Origin: Eledone cirrhosa | Lineage: Eukaryota | Reading direction: 5' to 3' | Length of the DNA stretch: 64,000 bases | Assembly: GCA_964016885.1 (NCBI GenBank) | Contig: OZ024740.1 | Coordinates: forward strand, 93,124,001 to 93,188,000 | Shown here: positions 43,341 through 59,905 of the stretch, one piece after another | How positions within the stretch are numbered: position 1 is the first letter of the stretch | How the letters are laid out: each line of letters begins with the position of its first letter | Position numbers and translations under genes: made by a program | Notes under the pieces: model-generated | The model's database searches: none | The model's input: the letters and a program-made list of their open reading frames with translations, nothing else | Told to the model about the DNA's origin: nothing

Positions 43341-44411
43341 TAAACAAATAATGAATAAACAATTCCTTATATTAAACAAAAAAAGTTCATTATTTAACGA
43401 TCGTTTCTAGGGTATATATGTGTTATAATTGGTATGCATATTCAACAGATCTATGTACAAAATTATACAAAATTATACAAATTATCAAGATTAAATATAC
43501 ATACCTAACACATATATACGCCGTCTTCAGAAATAATGAAGTATATTTATTGATAATAACAACAATTCAAAATATCAGTTCAAAATTGACCAATGAAAAC
43601 ACAAAGGGTTAAAAGCAGTTCGGTGTGTGTATATACATGTAAAATCCTTACACATATTTTACAATAATGTGTGTATAATTTGTATGCGCATACTAAAAAG
43701 ATGGATGCAAACACAAAATTTCAAGGTTAATATCTCTGTAAGCTTAATGCGCTGATAAGATGCGCATTGATACTTATGGAGTCAAGCATATAAATATATT
43801 TTTTCATACTCACACATATCAGTATAATCACACATACATGCGCGTATATGCATAAATATACACATAACCACGAACATACAAACACACACACTCCCCCACT
43901 CACATTTATATATGTGGATATAAAATCATAAGCACATAGAAATTAAGTCACTCACATAAAACACTGGCACACACATTTCAAGATCAAGATACAGAAATTA
44001 GGTGGGAGGGGGGGAGATCACAAATCTAACTTTAACTCTAATCCTTCTATTAGACTTATATGTCCCTCCAAATCAGATATTGGAATAATTAGTAAAAAAA
44101 TTTTAGATAGATTCATCCCACAAATAAGAAAATACGTTATTTTACCACTCTGGGAAAACACCTCCCAGGTAATTAATTGGTTTAAAAATATTAGGTGTAA
44201 ATCTTCTGCTTCTTTCCTACAATTTGATATAGATAATTACTATTCTTCTATATCACCCATACTCCTGAACAAAGCATTAATATTTGCTAAAAATAGATCT
44301 AATTTAACTTCGGATGACATTAACATTATTACACATGCTAGACTAACACTTATTGAATTTCAGAATGAATACTGGACCAGAAACACATACAGTAATCTTT
44401 TTGATATTACT

Positions 44412-45914
44412 ATGGGTTCAAGCGATTCCGCCCAAATTACTGATCTTGTGGGCCTCTTTCTCCTTTTCAACATAAATGCCTCTTTTCCCCACCTCAAAGG
44501 TGGTTTATATCGTGATGACTGTCTTCTTCTTTCTAACAACCTTAGCCTTTCAGAAATCGAAAAAAACAAAAAACATATTAGAACTTTCCTTAAAGACTAT
44601 TATAATCTTAATATTACTTTTGAAAAAACAAGTAAAGTAGTAAATTTCCTAGATATAACTTTAGATTTAGCTACGGGTATATACCAACCTTACCATAAAC
44701 CTAACCGAAACTTACATTACATACACTCACAATCTAATCACCCTAAATCTATCCTTAAAAACCTTGCATATAATATATCACTTAGAATTTCTAACCTTTC
44801 TTCTAACCAAGATGTATTTGATAAAAATGCGACCTTTTATAATGAAGCTCTAGATAGAAGTGGCCACAAAAATAGATTAGAGTATATACCTTCTACTAAA
44901 AATACTGAAAGCATACAGCATAATATTACCAACAAACACCAAATGAAAAGTACACACCTAAATGCCACCCACAATATACCCCAAAATACTAAATCTTCTA
45001 ATATAAAGTATAGTAACCCTCAAAAAACTACTCATCATACAACTATAATAAATATTAATAATAAAACTCCTAATAAAAAAGATAAAACACCTAAATCTAC
45101 AAATATAACTAAAAATAGTTGTGGTGAGATCATTAACATTAATCCTCCTAGTAAAAATCATGATACAACCTATAAAAATAATAAAAATAATAAACAACAT
45201 AGAAACCGTAATAGACGAGTTACTTGGTATAATGCTCCTTTTAATTTACAAGTTAAGGATAATATTGCTAAAAAATTTTTTTATATCCTTGAGAAAAACT
45301 TCCCGCCAAACCACAAATACCATCAAATCTTAAATAGGTCTACAGTTAAATTCTCATACTCTACAACAAATAACATAAAACAAAATATAAGTGCATATAA
45401 TGCATATAAATGTAAGAAAACCATAAGTATACCACCAGTACATCAAATTAACAATAATATCTCCTCAAATACAGAATTAACGAAAGGATGTAACTGTAGA
45501 AACAAAACAAACTGCCCATTAAAAGGGAATTGTCTTGTTAACAACATAGTCTATAAATGTAATGTTAAAACTAAAGATTCTATTTGCTCATATATAGGAG
45601 CTACCTCTAACAATTTTAAGACAAGGTTTAATACCCACAAACATAGTTTTAAAAATGCCGCACTGGCTAATACAACATCTCTAGCAGAAAAAATCAATAG
45701 TTATAAAAATAAGAATATAAAATATGATTTGACCTGGAGTGTGCTCAAAAGAGCCACCCCTTATCAAAATAATAGAAAGGAATGTAGATTATGTTCCCAG
45801 GAACTATTTGAAATAATGAAGTCTAAGGATATCTTATTAAATAAACGACAGGAATTAATTATATCGTGTAATCATAAACTAAAAAAAACATTTAAATATT
45901 ATAAACCTAATTAA
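44412..45914 (+). CDS. PLE polyprotein, RT to GIY-YIG endonuclease (homology extends upstream to ~44050, where it is truncated)
   Basis: MGSSDSAQITDLVGL, GGLYRDD, VNFLDITLDL, SNHP, CNCRNKTNCPLKGNCL, NIVYKC, SYIGATSNNFKTRFNTH, CRLC and CNH. Confidence 0.88.
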   Translation: MGSSDSAQITDLVGLFLLFNINASFPHLKGGLYRDDCLLLSNNLSLSEIEKNKKHIRTFLKDYYNLNITFEKTSKVVNFLDITLDLATGIYQPYHKPNRNLHYIHSQSNHPKSILKNLAYNISLRISNLSSNQDVFDKNATFYNEALDRSGHKNRLEYIPSTKNTESIQHNITNKHQMKSTHLNATHNIPQNTKSSNIKYSNPQKTTHHTTIININNKTPNKKDKTPKSTNITKNSCGEIININPPSKNHDTTYKNNKNNKQHRNRNRRVTWYNAPFNLQVKDNIAKKFFYILEKNFPPNHKYHQILNRSTVKFSYSTTNNIKQNISAYNAYKCKKTISIPPVHQINNNISSNTELTKGCNCRNKTNCPLKGNCLVNNIVYKCNVKTKDSICSYIGATSNNFKTRFNTHKHSFKNAALANTTSLAEKINSYKNKNIKYDLTWSVLKRATPYQNNRKECRLCSQELFEIMKSKDILLNKRQELIISCNHKLKKTFKYYKPN

Positions 45915-46450
45915 TAACATTATTCTAGAAATTAATTTAATTTAAATGTTAGTTAACCTATAAATTTAATTTAATTAATATTTTATTACAGATGAGAAAA
46001 TATTATGTAATCATAAATTGTGAAAAACCTTTAAATATTACTAATATATACTTAGTAATTTAATTTATAGATTAATTTTAATTTATTTAAACCTTTTATT
46101 ATAATTCTTTTACAGATAAAATATAACAAAATAATATCATGTATCCAATGACGGAGAAAGAATTTTTAGTATTATAGACCTAATTAATATACATTTTGGA
46201 AATATATTTATTATTTGGTTTTAGTTTTAATCAACCTAAAACTTTAATTTTAATTTGCTTAAAATTAGTATCCTTATACAGACGAATTGCAGAATGTCAT
46301 GTAATCATAGAATGGGATGTGTTTTGGATATATACCTAGTTAATATATTCTGTGCAATTTTTTGAATAAGATATGTATATGTATATGTATATGTATATGT
46401 GTGTGTTGTGTATGTGTATCTGTATGTATGTATATGTGTGTATATATGTA

Positions 46451-46491
<41 letters not shown>

Positions 46492-47641
46492 ATATGTATG
46501 TATATGTGTATGTGTATGTATATGTATATGTATGCGTATTAATTTTGATTTCTATTTGCATATAATTATATTATGCTATTGATGAAATACAATATCTGCT
46601 TTATGTATTGTATACCTAATTAACATATACTAATTAACGTATACTATTGAAATAAATATATAATTTTTAATTTAGTTAACATATAATTTATATGCTACTA
46701 CCGATGTAATACTTTATTTTATTTTTATTTGGGTTTCTTTTCCCTATTACTAAATTCATCTCCTAATATTGATACCATAACGTTATTAACTTTAATTTAG
46801 TTATAATGTAATTAATAATCTACTACTGTTTGACTTCAAAATTCTGCTTCAAATATTATAAACCTAACTAATTTACACCTTAGAAATCAATATGTTGACT
46901 ATCTTTGGTTTAGTTAACATATGATTAATGGTATACTTATTTATTTTGAGATGCATAGATTTCGTATTTCCTAACACTGAAAATATGTAAGAACATACAT
47001 TGAATTAAGATACGGAAAATATTATATGTTTCTTGAAACATATATTTACTTTGATCCCCTTCTCCAAACCCCCCCTTTCCCCCATACTATTATCATCTGT
47101 ATTTGTAAGCGTCTATGTATGATTATATATGTAGGTAGGTGTCTATATAGGTTTGGGTATTTATATCTAAATATAAAAATACATATATGAGCATGCAAAT
47201 ATGAATGTAAGATTGTGTGTGTATATATGATTGTACATACATATGTATGTATATATATGTATATATATGTATTATATATGTATGTGTATGTGAATGTGTT
47301 GTATGTATATGTGTATGTATGTGTATATATGTGTATGTATGTGTATGCTTGTATATATAGGAATATATATATGTGTATATATGTATGTATATGTATATGC
47401 GTGTATGTATGTATGTGTATGTGTGTTGTGTATATATATGTATGTCTCTCTATTTATATGTTTATCTTCGTATCTATGTGATATATGTGTGTGTGTGTGC
47501 ACGTATGCATATGTATGTGTTTGTGTGTGTTTGTATGTGTGTGTGTATATATGTGTATGTGCGCACACTCACATACACATATATATATATATATATGTGA
47601 GTGTGTATGTGTGTCTGTGTGTGTGTGTGTGTGTGTATGTG

Positions 47642-47679
<38 letters not shown>

Positions 47680-48113
47680 GATATATATATATATACATAT
47701 ATAGGTGTCTATGTGTGAATATATGTCTTTATTCGTATGTGTGTATTTATGTATGTATATATTTATGTGTATGTATGTATGTGTATGTATGTATGTATAT
47801 ATATATATATATATATATGTATATGTATATATATATATGTATATTATTCTTTATTATTATTGTAATATAACTTATGTGTATATGTGTATAAGTGAGGTTG
47901 TGTATGTATATATAATATGTGTATATATAAGAGTAATGAAATATATATATATATATATATATGTGCATGTCTGTTTTTTATGTGTGTGTATATATATATA
48001 TATGTGTATATATGTATATATATGTATACGTGTGTGTATATAGATATATATATATATATGCATGTGGGTGTTTGTATGTGTATTTATGGTGGTATGAGTG
48101 TGTGGATATATAT

Positions 48114-48152
<39 letters not shown>

Positions 48153-48156
48153 TCTA

Positions 48157-48213
<57 letters not shown>

Positions 48214-48535
48214 ATATATAGGTGTGTGTATGTATATATATATGTGTATGTATGTGTGTATATATGTATATCTCTATTAATGCGTGTGTGTATGTATATA
48301 CATATGCCTTTTTATTATTATTTTCATTTGTATGTCTGAGTTTGGTGAGGTTGTATTGTTTTTTATGTATATACACATATATGGAAGCGTATGTATTTAT
48401 TTATATGAGTATAAGTAGGTGCATATGTATGTATGATTATATATCTAATTCTATGTATGAAGGTACATCTATATATATATATATATATACGTGTGTATGT
48501 AAGTTGTGTGTGTATGTATCTTTATGTCTATGTGA

Positions 48536-48579
<44 letters not shown>

Positions 48580-48668
48580 CGATGTGCGTATATGTATGTA
48601 CATGTATGTACATGTATGTGTGTATGTATGTGTATATATATTTAGATGTATGTGTATGTATATGTATA

Positions 48669-48729
<61 letters not shown>

Positions 48730-49717
48730 ATATATATATATATGGATATATATCTTTATTATCTATTTTTTATATATATGTGTATGTGTGTATGTGTTGC
48801 GCGTGTGTGTGTGTATGTATATATCTTTTTATATGTGTATGTGTATGTTCGTGTAAGTGTATGTGTGTGTATGACTGTATATGTATGTGTGTATGTGTGT
48901 ATGCGTAAATATCTCTATGTGCGCGTACATGTATGTATGTGTATATATATCTGTATGTGTATGTACATTATATTATATTTATTATATTTTATTGTTTTTA
49001 TTTGTGTATGTGTATGTTCGTGTAAGTGTATGTGTGTGTATGACTGTATATGTATGTGTGTATGTGTGTATGCGTAAATATCTCTATGTGCGCGTACATG
49101 TATGTATGTGTATATATATCTGTATGTGTATGTACATTATATTATATTTATTATATTTTATTGTTTTTATTTTTTTATTTTTCTTAATTTATAGATACAT
49201 TTATATTAGGCAGTCTGCTCAGACAATTGAATACTGACCCCTCCCCCCCCTCCCACCTAATTTCTGTATCTTGATCTTGAAATGTGTGTGCCAGTGTTTT
49301 ATGTGAGTGACTTAATTTCTATGTGCTTATGATTTTATATCCACATATATAAATGTGAGTGGGGGAGTGTGTGTGTTTGTATGTTCGTGGTTATGTGTAT
49401 ATTTATGCATATACGCGCATGTATGTGTGATTATACTGATATGTGTGAGTATGAAAAAATATATTTATATGCTTGACTCCATAAGTATCAATGCGCATCT
49501 TATCAGCGCATTAAGCTTACAGAGATATTAACCTTGAAATTTTGTGTTTGCATCCATCTTTTTAGTATGCGCATACAAATTATACACACATTATTGTAAA
49601 ATATGTGTAAGGATTTTACATGTATATACACACACCGAACTGCTTTTAACCCTTTGTGTTTTCATTGGTCAATTTTGAACTGATATTTTGAATTGTTGTT
49701 ATTATCAATAAATATAC

Positions 49718-49872
49718 TTCATTATTTCTGAAGACGGCGTATATATGTGTTAGGTATGTATATTTAATCTTGATAATTTGTATAATTTTGTATAATTTTG
49801 TACATAGATCTGTTGAATATGCATACCAATTATAACACATATATACCCTAGAAACGATCGTTAAATAATGAA
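49718..49872 (+). ncRNA. Hammerhead motif with a ~115-nt stem II (mirror copy at 43386-43540 on -)
   Basis: ttcattattt CTGAAGA [long hairpin: tatatatgtgtta/taacacatatata, ggtatgtatatttaa/ttgaatatgcatacc] GAAAC gatc GTT aaataatgaa; 10-bp stem I. Confidence 0.7.
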
Positions 49873-50057
49873 CTTTTTTTGTTTAATATAAGGAATTGTT
49901 TATTCATTATTTGTTTAATATTTTATCTTGACTCTGTATACCGTTTATCTTTCACCGAAAGTGGATTTTCATTACATCTCTTCTTTCCATGATATCCGGA
50001 ATACATTGAGTTCTTCATACGGATTGGACACTACCGTAAACTCTTGGTAGATTTATC

Positions 50058-50127
<70 letters not shown>

Positions 50128-50269
50128 TATATATGTATATATATGTGTATATATATATGTGTTCATGATTGTGTGTCTGTCTACGTTTATGCGTATATAT
50201 GTATGTTTTTGTGTATGTGTGTATATGTGTATATATGTATGTGTATGAATGTGTGTATGCATGTATGTG

Positions 50270-50328
<59 letters not shown>

Positions 50329-50423
50329 ATATATATGTATATGGGTACGTGTGTGCATATGTGTGTATATGTGTACTTGTGTTTATGTGTGTATATGTAT
50401 GCATATACATGTGTATGTATGTG

Positions 50424-50454
<31 letters not shown>

Positions 50455-50467
50455 GTTTATATGGTTT

Positions 50468-50516
<49 letters not shown>

Positions 50517-50711
50517 GTATATATATATGTATATATGTATGTGTATATATATGTTTATATATGTATATATATATGTATATATGTGTGTATATACTTATAT
50601 ATATATATATAAGTATTGAAATACTAGAGAGTGTTGGAGTTACACACCCTCTTCATATTATAGAAATGACAGTAAATAATTAGCTTAATGTAATTAAACA
50701 GAGCCGAAGAA

Positions 50712-52403
<1,692 letters not shown>

Positions 52404-52404
52404 A

Positions 52405-52475
<71 letters not shown>

Positions 52476-52489
52476 CGGTGCGCGCGAGT

Positions 52490-53274
52490 GTGTGAGTGTG
52501 TCTGTTTTTGAATGTGTCTGTTCACTTTTGGAATATAGTTTAAGAGAAATTTGAAGATAATGGTATGATATGCACTCAATATTTTGAACTGGTCGATAGA
52601 ATTATCTAGGACTTTGTCACTAGGTAGAACCTTACAGAATTAGCTTTTAAAGAATTTCCCTTTTCTTTAAATCCATCAACCATGACTGACCCCCAACGAT
52701 CTTATAGACACCTGAAATCTAGGCATTGTTAGCTTAAGAGAAAAATAAATAATTATAAATTATAGCTTTAAAGAATTAGCTTTTAATGAATTTTCTGTCA
52801 ACAAATGACCTCTACCCTCCCACACCAAACCCTCTCCTACCACCTGAAGAGACCTATAAATACCATATTTATTTTTCGATACTCAGATTCCTGATGATTT
52901 CTAAAGAATGAAACAGTTCTAGTCCTTTAGAATCTCATCTATATGAACACTTGTATACTCTGCAATGTATTGAGTACCTTACTTACTGTGGGTACCTCCG
53001 ATTCAACCCGCAATAACGTACCTTTTAGCACTCTCTGTGCCCCTTATAACCATCATCAAGAAACTATGCTGACCCAACACGACCTTGATGTCTCCATGAA
53101 TAACATCCCCATCCCTCCAATAAACTATACCTAAAATCACTCATCAGACGTACCGACGAGTTCATCAAGCGAATTAGATGGAGAGCTTTCTTCCTCGACA
53201 ACCCTGATGTAGCATCTACCAGAGAAGAAAAGTTCGGCTTCAAAATGAATAAGACACCACCACCAACATCCTAT

Positions 53275-53275
<1 letters not shown>
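52490..53275 (+). mobile_element. PLE pseudo-LTR with a tail extending into the first ~70 codons of the ORF
   Basis: From ATG 53066: [18 protein letters not shown]...[22 protein letters not shown]...[16 protein letters not shown] (one frameshift), comparable to KFGFRTCKNPP in the 54099 ORF. Degenerate HHR CTGATGA tttctaaagaat GAAAC at 52891. Confidence 0.7.
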
Positions 53276-53307
<32 letters not shown>

Positions 53308-53324
53308 CCCACACATATATACAC

Positions 53325-53813
<489 letters not shown>

Positions 53814-54067
53814 ATAACTCCAGAACTTATATCTTCGTTGAGTGGTCCCTATCCGCATACTGAAGTACTGAATTTTACCAACCCTTACTTTCTTGCTATA
53901 TATATATATATATATAAATATATACACCTGCACCCTTACATACATATACATACACACACATATATATACACACATATATATACATATATACATATATACA
54001 CGTATGCACATATACACACACATATATATATATATAATAGGCTGTTGGTGGTGGTGTCTTATTCATT

Positions 54068-56289
54068 TTGGAAAACGCTCCACTATGATAGAAGCCGTAT
54101 GAACTCAACATTAGAAAGTGGTGTAAACAACAAATTCGGTTTTAGGACTTGTAAAAACCCACCCACCAACCCACTATTAGATGCATTTGAGCAGGACCTT
54201 ATGAACTTAATCCTTAAAATTAAATTCAAAGGACGCAACACCAACAGCAAATTACAGAAAGATATAAAAAAACTACTGGACGACCTTAAAAACACCAAAG
54301 GAATTGTAGTAACAGCGGACAAAACATCAAACCTGTACACTATGGATTGCACTACATACAACAACTTCATTCGAAAAGAATTACATAAAAAATATAGAAA
54401 AACGAGTGAAGTAACCCTTAAGCACATCAATGATGAGGCATGCGAAATAGTGAAAAATGTCGGAATCGAAGATAGGACAGGACCACTCTTACCGGAGGTA
54501 CCCACCTTCAATCTTAAGGACCACAAGGTAAACTTTGATAATGACCCTAAAATTAGGTTAATCTGTCCCTCTAAATCAGATATAGGTAAAATAAGCAAAT
54601 ATATCTTAGATATATATGATAGAATCATCCCCCAAATTAAGGCTAAGGTTAACATTAAACTCTGGGGGAAGACCCAAGAAGCAATAAGATGGTTTAATAG
54701 CATTAGCAATAAGAATAAATCTAAGTTTATCCAGTTTGATATCGATGAATATTACTCATCGATATCACCTGAAACTTTGAATAGAGCCATTAAGTTTGCT
54801 AAGGATAACTCTGACCTTACAAACGATGAAATTAAGATTATATTAGAAGCTAGGAAAACTATAGTCAAATTTGAGAACAGTTATTGGGTACGTAAAGATA
54901 GACCCTCTAACGTTGACATAACAATGGGCTCTAACGATTCGGCGGAAATAACTGATATTGTGGGGTTATTTATCGCCTTTAGACTCCAGGAAAAATTCAG
55001 CAATCTCCACGGCAGAATATACCGCGACGATGTTCTCCTCCTAGCTAAAAACCTTAATAACCAAAAACTAGAAAAACTACGCAAAGATATAAGAAAACTA
55101 CTACTCGAAACAGGACTAACTATAACATATGAATACAACCTTAAAGTAGTTAACTTCCTGGATGTCACACTCAATTTAAACTCTGGTTTGATTAAACCGT
55201 TTCATAAATTGAATGAAAATCTCAAATACGTAAATGTTGGGTCTAACCACCCCATCTCTATAATTAAATCTATCCCTAAAAATATTTCCCTTAGAATCTC
55301 GGGTCTATCTTCTAACATACAAGTATTTAAGGAACACGCCGAGTACTACGATAACGCCCTTAGTAAAGCAGGCTACCTCAACAAAATAGAGTACATAGAT
55401 GGGAACAATCAAAACACCCAAAATAAATCCCACATAGGTAAATATAATAACACAACACCAAACCACACTTACTACCATAGTATGCACACCAGTAAACCAA
55501 CAAACAAAACTAATAGAAAGCGATGCAAAGAGTACTTATGGTATAACCCCGAATACAATAGTTCCATTAGTACAAATTTACCAGTACTCTTCTTTAAAAT
55601 AATTAAAAGACATTTTCCCACATCACACAAATACCACAAAATCCTAAACCCTACCACTATAAGACTGTCATACTCTACAGCGTTAAACCTTGAACAACAC
55701 ATAAAAAAGATCAATACTAGAAGGTTAAACGAAAACACTGAGAACTTAAGTACAAAGAACACAAAAAAAACAGTAAACAATACACTACAGAACATAAATA
55801 AACCACACCTAAGTTCGTCCGCAATACTACTCCAGAGAAAACCCAACGTACACAACTGTAACTGCACCTATCCTGACAACTGCCCCCTCGGCAATAACTG
55901 CCTGGAAAAAAATATTATTTATAAGTGTACCATTAAATCCGGAGGCAACGAGTGGTATTACGTGGGATCAACGGCAACATCGTTTCAATCTCGATTGTAT
56001 AGGCATTCTTACTCAATAAAACACCAGAGCCAAAGAAATGTAACAACTTTAGCAGAAAAAGCTTGGACGCTCAGGGATAGCGATCAAAAGTTTACCCTAA
56101 AATGGGTAAAAATTAGCTAAAACCCAAAGCTTTTCCAGGAGCCAAAATTTCTGCAAATTGTGTAATCTTGAGATTTATTACATAATCACGCACAAGAAGA
56201 AACTGCTGAATAACAGAATTGAACGAACATTATTCTGCCGTCACAGAACTAAAACCCTTTTTTCCCACTACAAGCCGAACATTACATAA
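54068..56289 (+). pseudogene. Near-full PLE RT-GIY-YIG ORF (probably Hydra clade); one frameshift at ~56110; slightly 5'-truncated
   Basis: ADKTSNLY, LKDHK, IRLICPSKSDIG, QFDIDEYY, DITMGSNDSAE, IYRDD, CNCTYPDNCPLGNNCL and WYYVGST; the shifted frame continues FCKLCNLE...CRH to TAA at 56289. Confidence 0.9.
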
Positions 56290-57152
56290 AAGAGGGACAT
56301 CCCCCAACTATATAAACCTTAATCTAGTTAGAAAAATATAAAAACAATCTCTTCTCAACATATATTAATAACCTTAAATTACCACACTAATAATGGAAAG
56401 ATATGCTGATGAGAATAGGTGCAAATATGCGATAATGAATGTGTCTAAAAACGTCCATAAGTATGTATATATATGTGAAAATGTATATAAATAAGTAAAT
56501 ATATATATATGTTTGATGTGTATAGTTAGATGTAAGTGTATTCATGTATTAAAGTGCTTATATATATATATATATGTATATATATATGTATGTATATATG
56601 TGTATATGGATGTGTATGTATGTGTATGTGTGTACACATGGACTAGAGTATGTATGTATATATGTGTGTGTCTATACGTGTGTATATAAAGATAAGTTGA
56701 GTATGAAAATGTATACACATGAGCGCGTATGTATGTACATGAATACATGTGTGTATATATATGTGTATGCATGTGTATATATATGTAAGTATGAATATGT
56801 GAATTGTGAGTATATGTATTTTGTAGAGGTGTGCAAATATATTTGTTTGTGAATGCGTGGGTCAAAGGATACGTACACTTGAAAGAAAAATTTAAGTCTG
56901 AATGTTAATTAAGTGCAAACACAAAACCAACCACGCATATCTTTACTATCTCTAATCCTTCTATAGATTTAGAAAAATAACCAATAATATATTCTATAAA
57001 AAAATGTCAAAACAACAGATGGGAATCTAATTACTCACTGCCACCAAGAATTCTCACTGCTATCGAAAAACCACTCCTTCAACTATTCTTCTAACAACTT
57101 CACCCCTCCCTCCTAATATTCTCTATAAAAACTAAATAGGTCCTCAGTAATA

Positions 57153-57272
57153 TTATTCTGATGAAATGACAGTAAATAATAACATTGAAATATTGAATGT
57201 CTGCATAACTAAAAGTTTGTAGATAGCAGCTGTTTTAGGTTATGTAACTGTTATAGAAACACGTGTCAATAA
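57153..57272 (+). ncRNA. Hammerhead motif with a branched ~90-nt stem II at the 3' end of the 54068 PLE
   Basis: ttatt CTGATGA a atgacagt ... actgttat a GAAAC acgt GTC aataa. Confidence 0.7.
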
Positions 57273-57330
57273 ATTCCTTTCAACTAAACTGTATCCATTC
57301 AAATCTTTCTATATATATATATATATACTA

Positions 57331-57456
<126 letters not shown>

Positions 57457-58107
57457 ATATACATATATATATATACCGCTAAATTAATATATATATATAT
57501 ATATATATATTTACATATAAACTTAGCGAGATACGCATTTCGGCGGGTATAAATTAGCGAAACGCAACTTCCATATTGTGCAGACAAGCGCTCCACGGAT
57601 ATGAAGAAGATACCAGAGCTATAAACATAAGTTAAAATGGTCATACTCGCTGAGACGAGGGTTAAGAAGCAATTAACCACCATAGCCAAAAAAGCGACCA
57701 AGCTAAACGGGTCAAACAAAATGAGATATGATTGATATATTTACCCGGACCCTTAGGGAAGATGGAATACTCCCAACTTGGGATTCTGCAACACCTAAAT
57801 CAATAATACTGTCTGCTTATAAAAAATAAGCTTTTGGTATAATGATCGAACAAGGCATCGCTTTCTCAACAGGTTTTAAGGGGAAAAAACACCTACTTTG
57901 GCCAGTGAATTCAGCATGTTCAGTTATTGCAAACATTTGCCAAAAAATCGCACAACACGAATTAAGCTCTCTACAGAATTGTTTTTAAAATAAACTTAAA
58001 CAAAATTTACTGGTTAATCGCTTGACTTGGGGGATTAATACAAATATAAATATAGCGAGAATCGCATCTCGGCGGGTAGAAATTAGGGAAAAACAACTTC
58101 CATATTT

Positions 58108-58152
<45 letters not shown>

Positions 58153-58179
58153 TCACACGCACACACAGACATGCGTATA

Positions 58180-58214
<35 letters not shown>

Positions 58215-58216
<2 letters not shown>

Positions 58217-59905
58217 GTAGATAAACCTACCAAAATGTACAAATTAAAGATAATATACCTAAAAAAATGTTTACTATCCTAGAGAAAAAGTTCCCGCCAA
58301 ACAACAAATACCATAACATTTTAAATAGATCAACGGTTAAATTCTCCTACTCAACAACCAAAAATATACAACAAAATATAAGTGCCTATAATGCATATAA
58401 ATGTAAAAAAACCATGAATATACCACCAATACATCAAACTAACCATAATACTAAAATAAACCACAGTAAACCACCATCTCAGTCACATACAACAAGTCGT
58501 GAAAATTCCACACCTAATTTGACTATCTCCTCTGATACAGCATTCACGAAAGGTTGTAACTATAGAAACAATGCAAATTGCCCATTAAAAGGAAATTGCC
58601 TTATTAATAACATAGTATATAAATGTAAAGTTAACACTAAGGACTCAACTTATTCATATATAGGAGCTACTTCTAACCAATTTAAAGTAAGATATAATAT
58701 CCACAAACACAGGTTTAAAAATGCCGCATTAGCTAATACAACATCTTTAGCTAAAATAATTAATAATTATAGAAAAAGGAATATATATTATAACCTGACC
58801 TGGAGTGTGCTCAAAAGGGCCACCCATTATCGAAATAATAGATATGAAAGTAAATTATGTTCCCAGGAACTTTTTTGAAATAATGAATACTAAGGATATC
58901 CTATTAAATAAACGCTAGGAATTAATTATATCATGTAATCATAAACTGAGAAGAACTCTTAAATATTATAAACCTAATTAATATACACCTTAGAAATTAT
59001 TATAATAACACTTTTTTTAAATTAGTTAACCTATAATTAATATTCTACTACTAATGAACTGCATAATTTTATTTCCCTTTTACGGCTATATTTTCATAAA
59101 ATTTATACCAATATGTATACATATAAACTATTTTAATTTCAGGTTATGATTCTATGTTCTTTATAATCTATATAAGTTTGTTATTTCTGACTAATAAATT
59201 TACCCCCCCCCCCAGACCAATAATAATTATTATTATTTTTTTATATTCCCTTCATTTTTAACAGCACTCTTCAATTACATCTAACTCTTATTTATCATAT
59301 CTATATGAATTAATATAAAATTACCAATATAAATATACCTATCAATTTAATTAATTAATTTTCTTTTTATAGATGTAAATTCCCTATATTTTAAGTAAGA
59401 TTGATATGTTTCACTAACACATTTAACGTAAAATGTCATTCTCCTTAGATATCTACATTAGCATTATTCTTTTATAACATCAATTTTTCGTGTACCTTTT
59501 ACCGACTTGACCTATTTTCATCCCGAAAATAATATTTTCATTCATCAACTCTTTCCATTCAAAATTGAAATCTGCTTTCCTCTACCCCTAAATTAGAGTT
59601 ATATTACTACTATTCTACCATCTTGACCACTTACTACCTTTCTATTGGTCAATTCAAAACCTGTTCCCAAACAGACTTCTTATATTAAATCTTTGTTGGT
59701 TTTCTTCAATAAACAAATATTATTATTTCTGAAGACAGTATATATATGTGTAGGTATGTATATTCCCTCTGATAGTTTGTAAAAATGTTACATAGATCTA
59801 TATGATATACATACCAACACAAACATATATATCCTAGAAACGATCGTAAAATGATGAATTGTTTAATATAAGGAACTGTTTCTTTGTTTTTATTCATTAT
59901 TTTTA

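Larger units (their letters stand above)
43335..49925 (+). mobile_element. Young 5'-truncated Penelope-like element (probably Hydra clade) with a ~4-kb 3' UTR and an inverted pseudo-LTR (43335-44015 vs 49245-49925)
   Basis: Inverted arms are nearly identical (same 64-aa spurious ORF on opposite strands); RT-EN ORF lies between them; the left end is in (TA)n. Confidence 0.9.

Noticed and set aside
57476-58110. ~60-bp direct repeat (57524-57580 vs 58053-58110)
   Set aside because: Too short and diverged to assign; no TIR/TSD or RNA motif identified.
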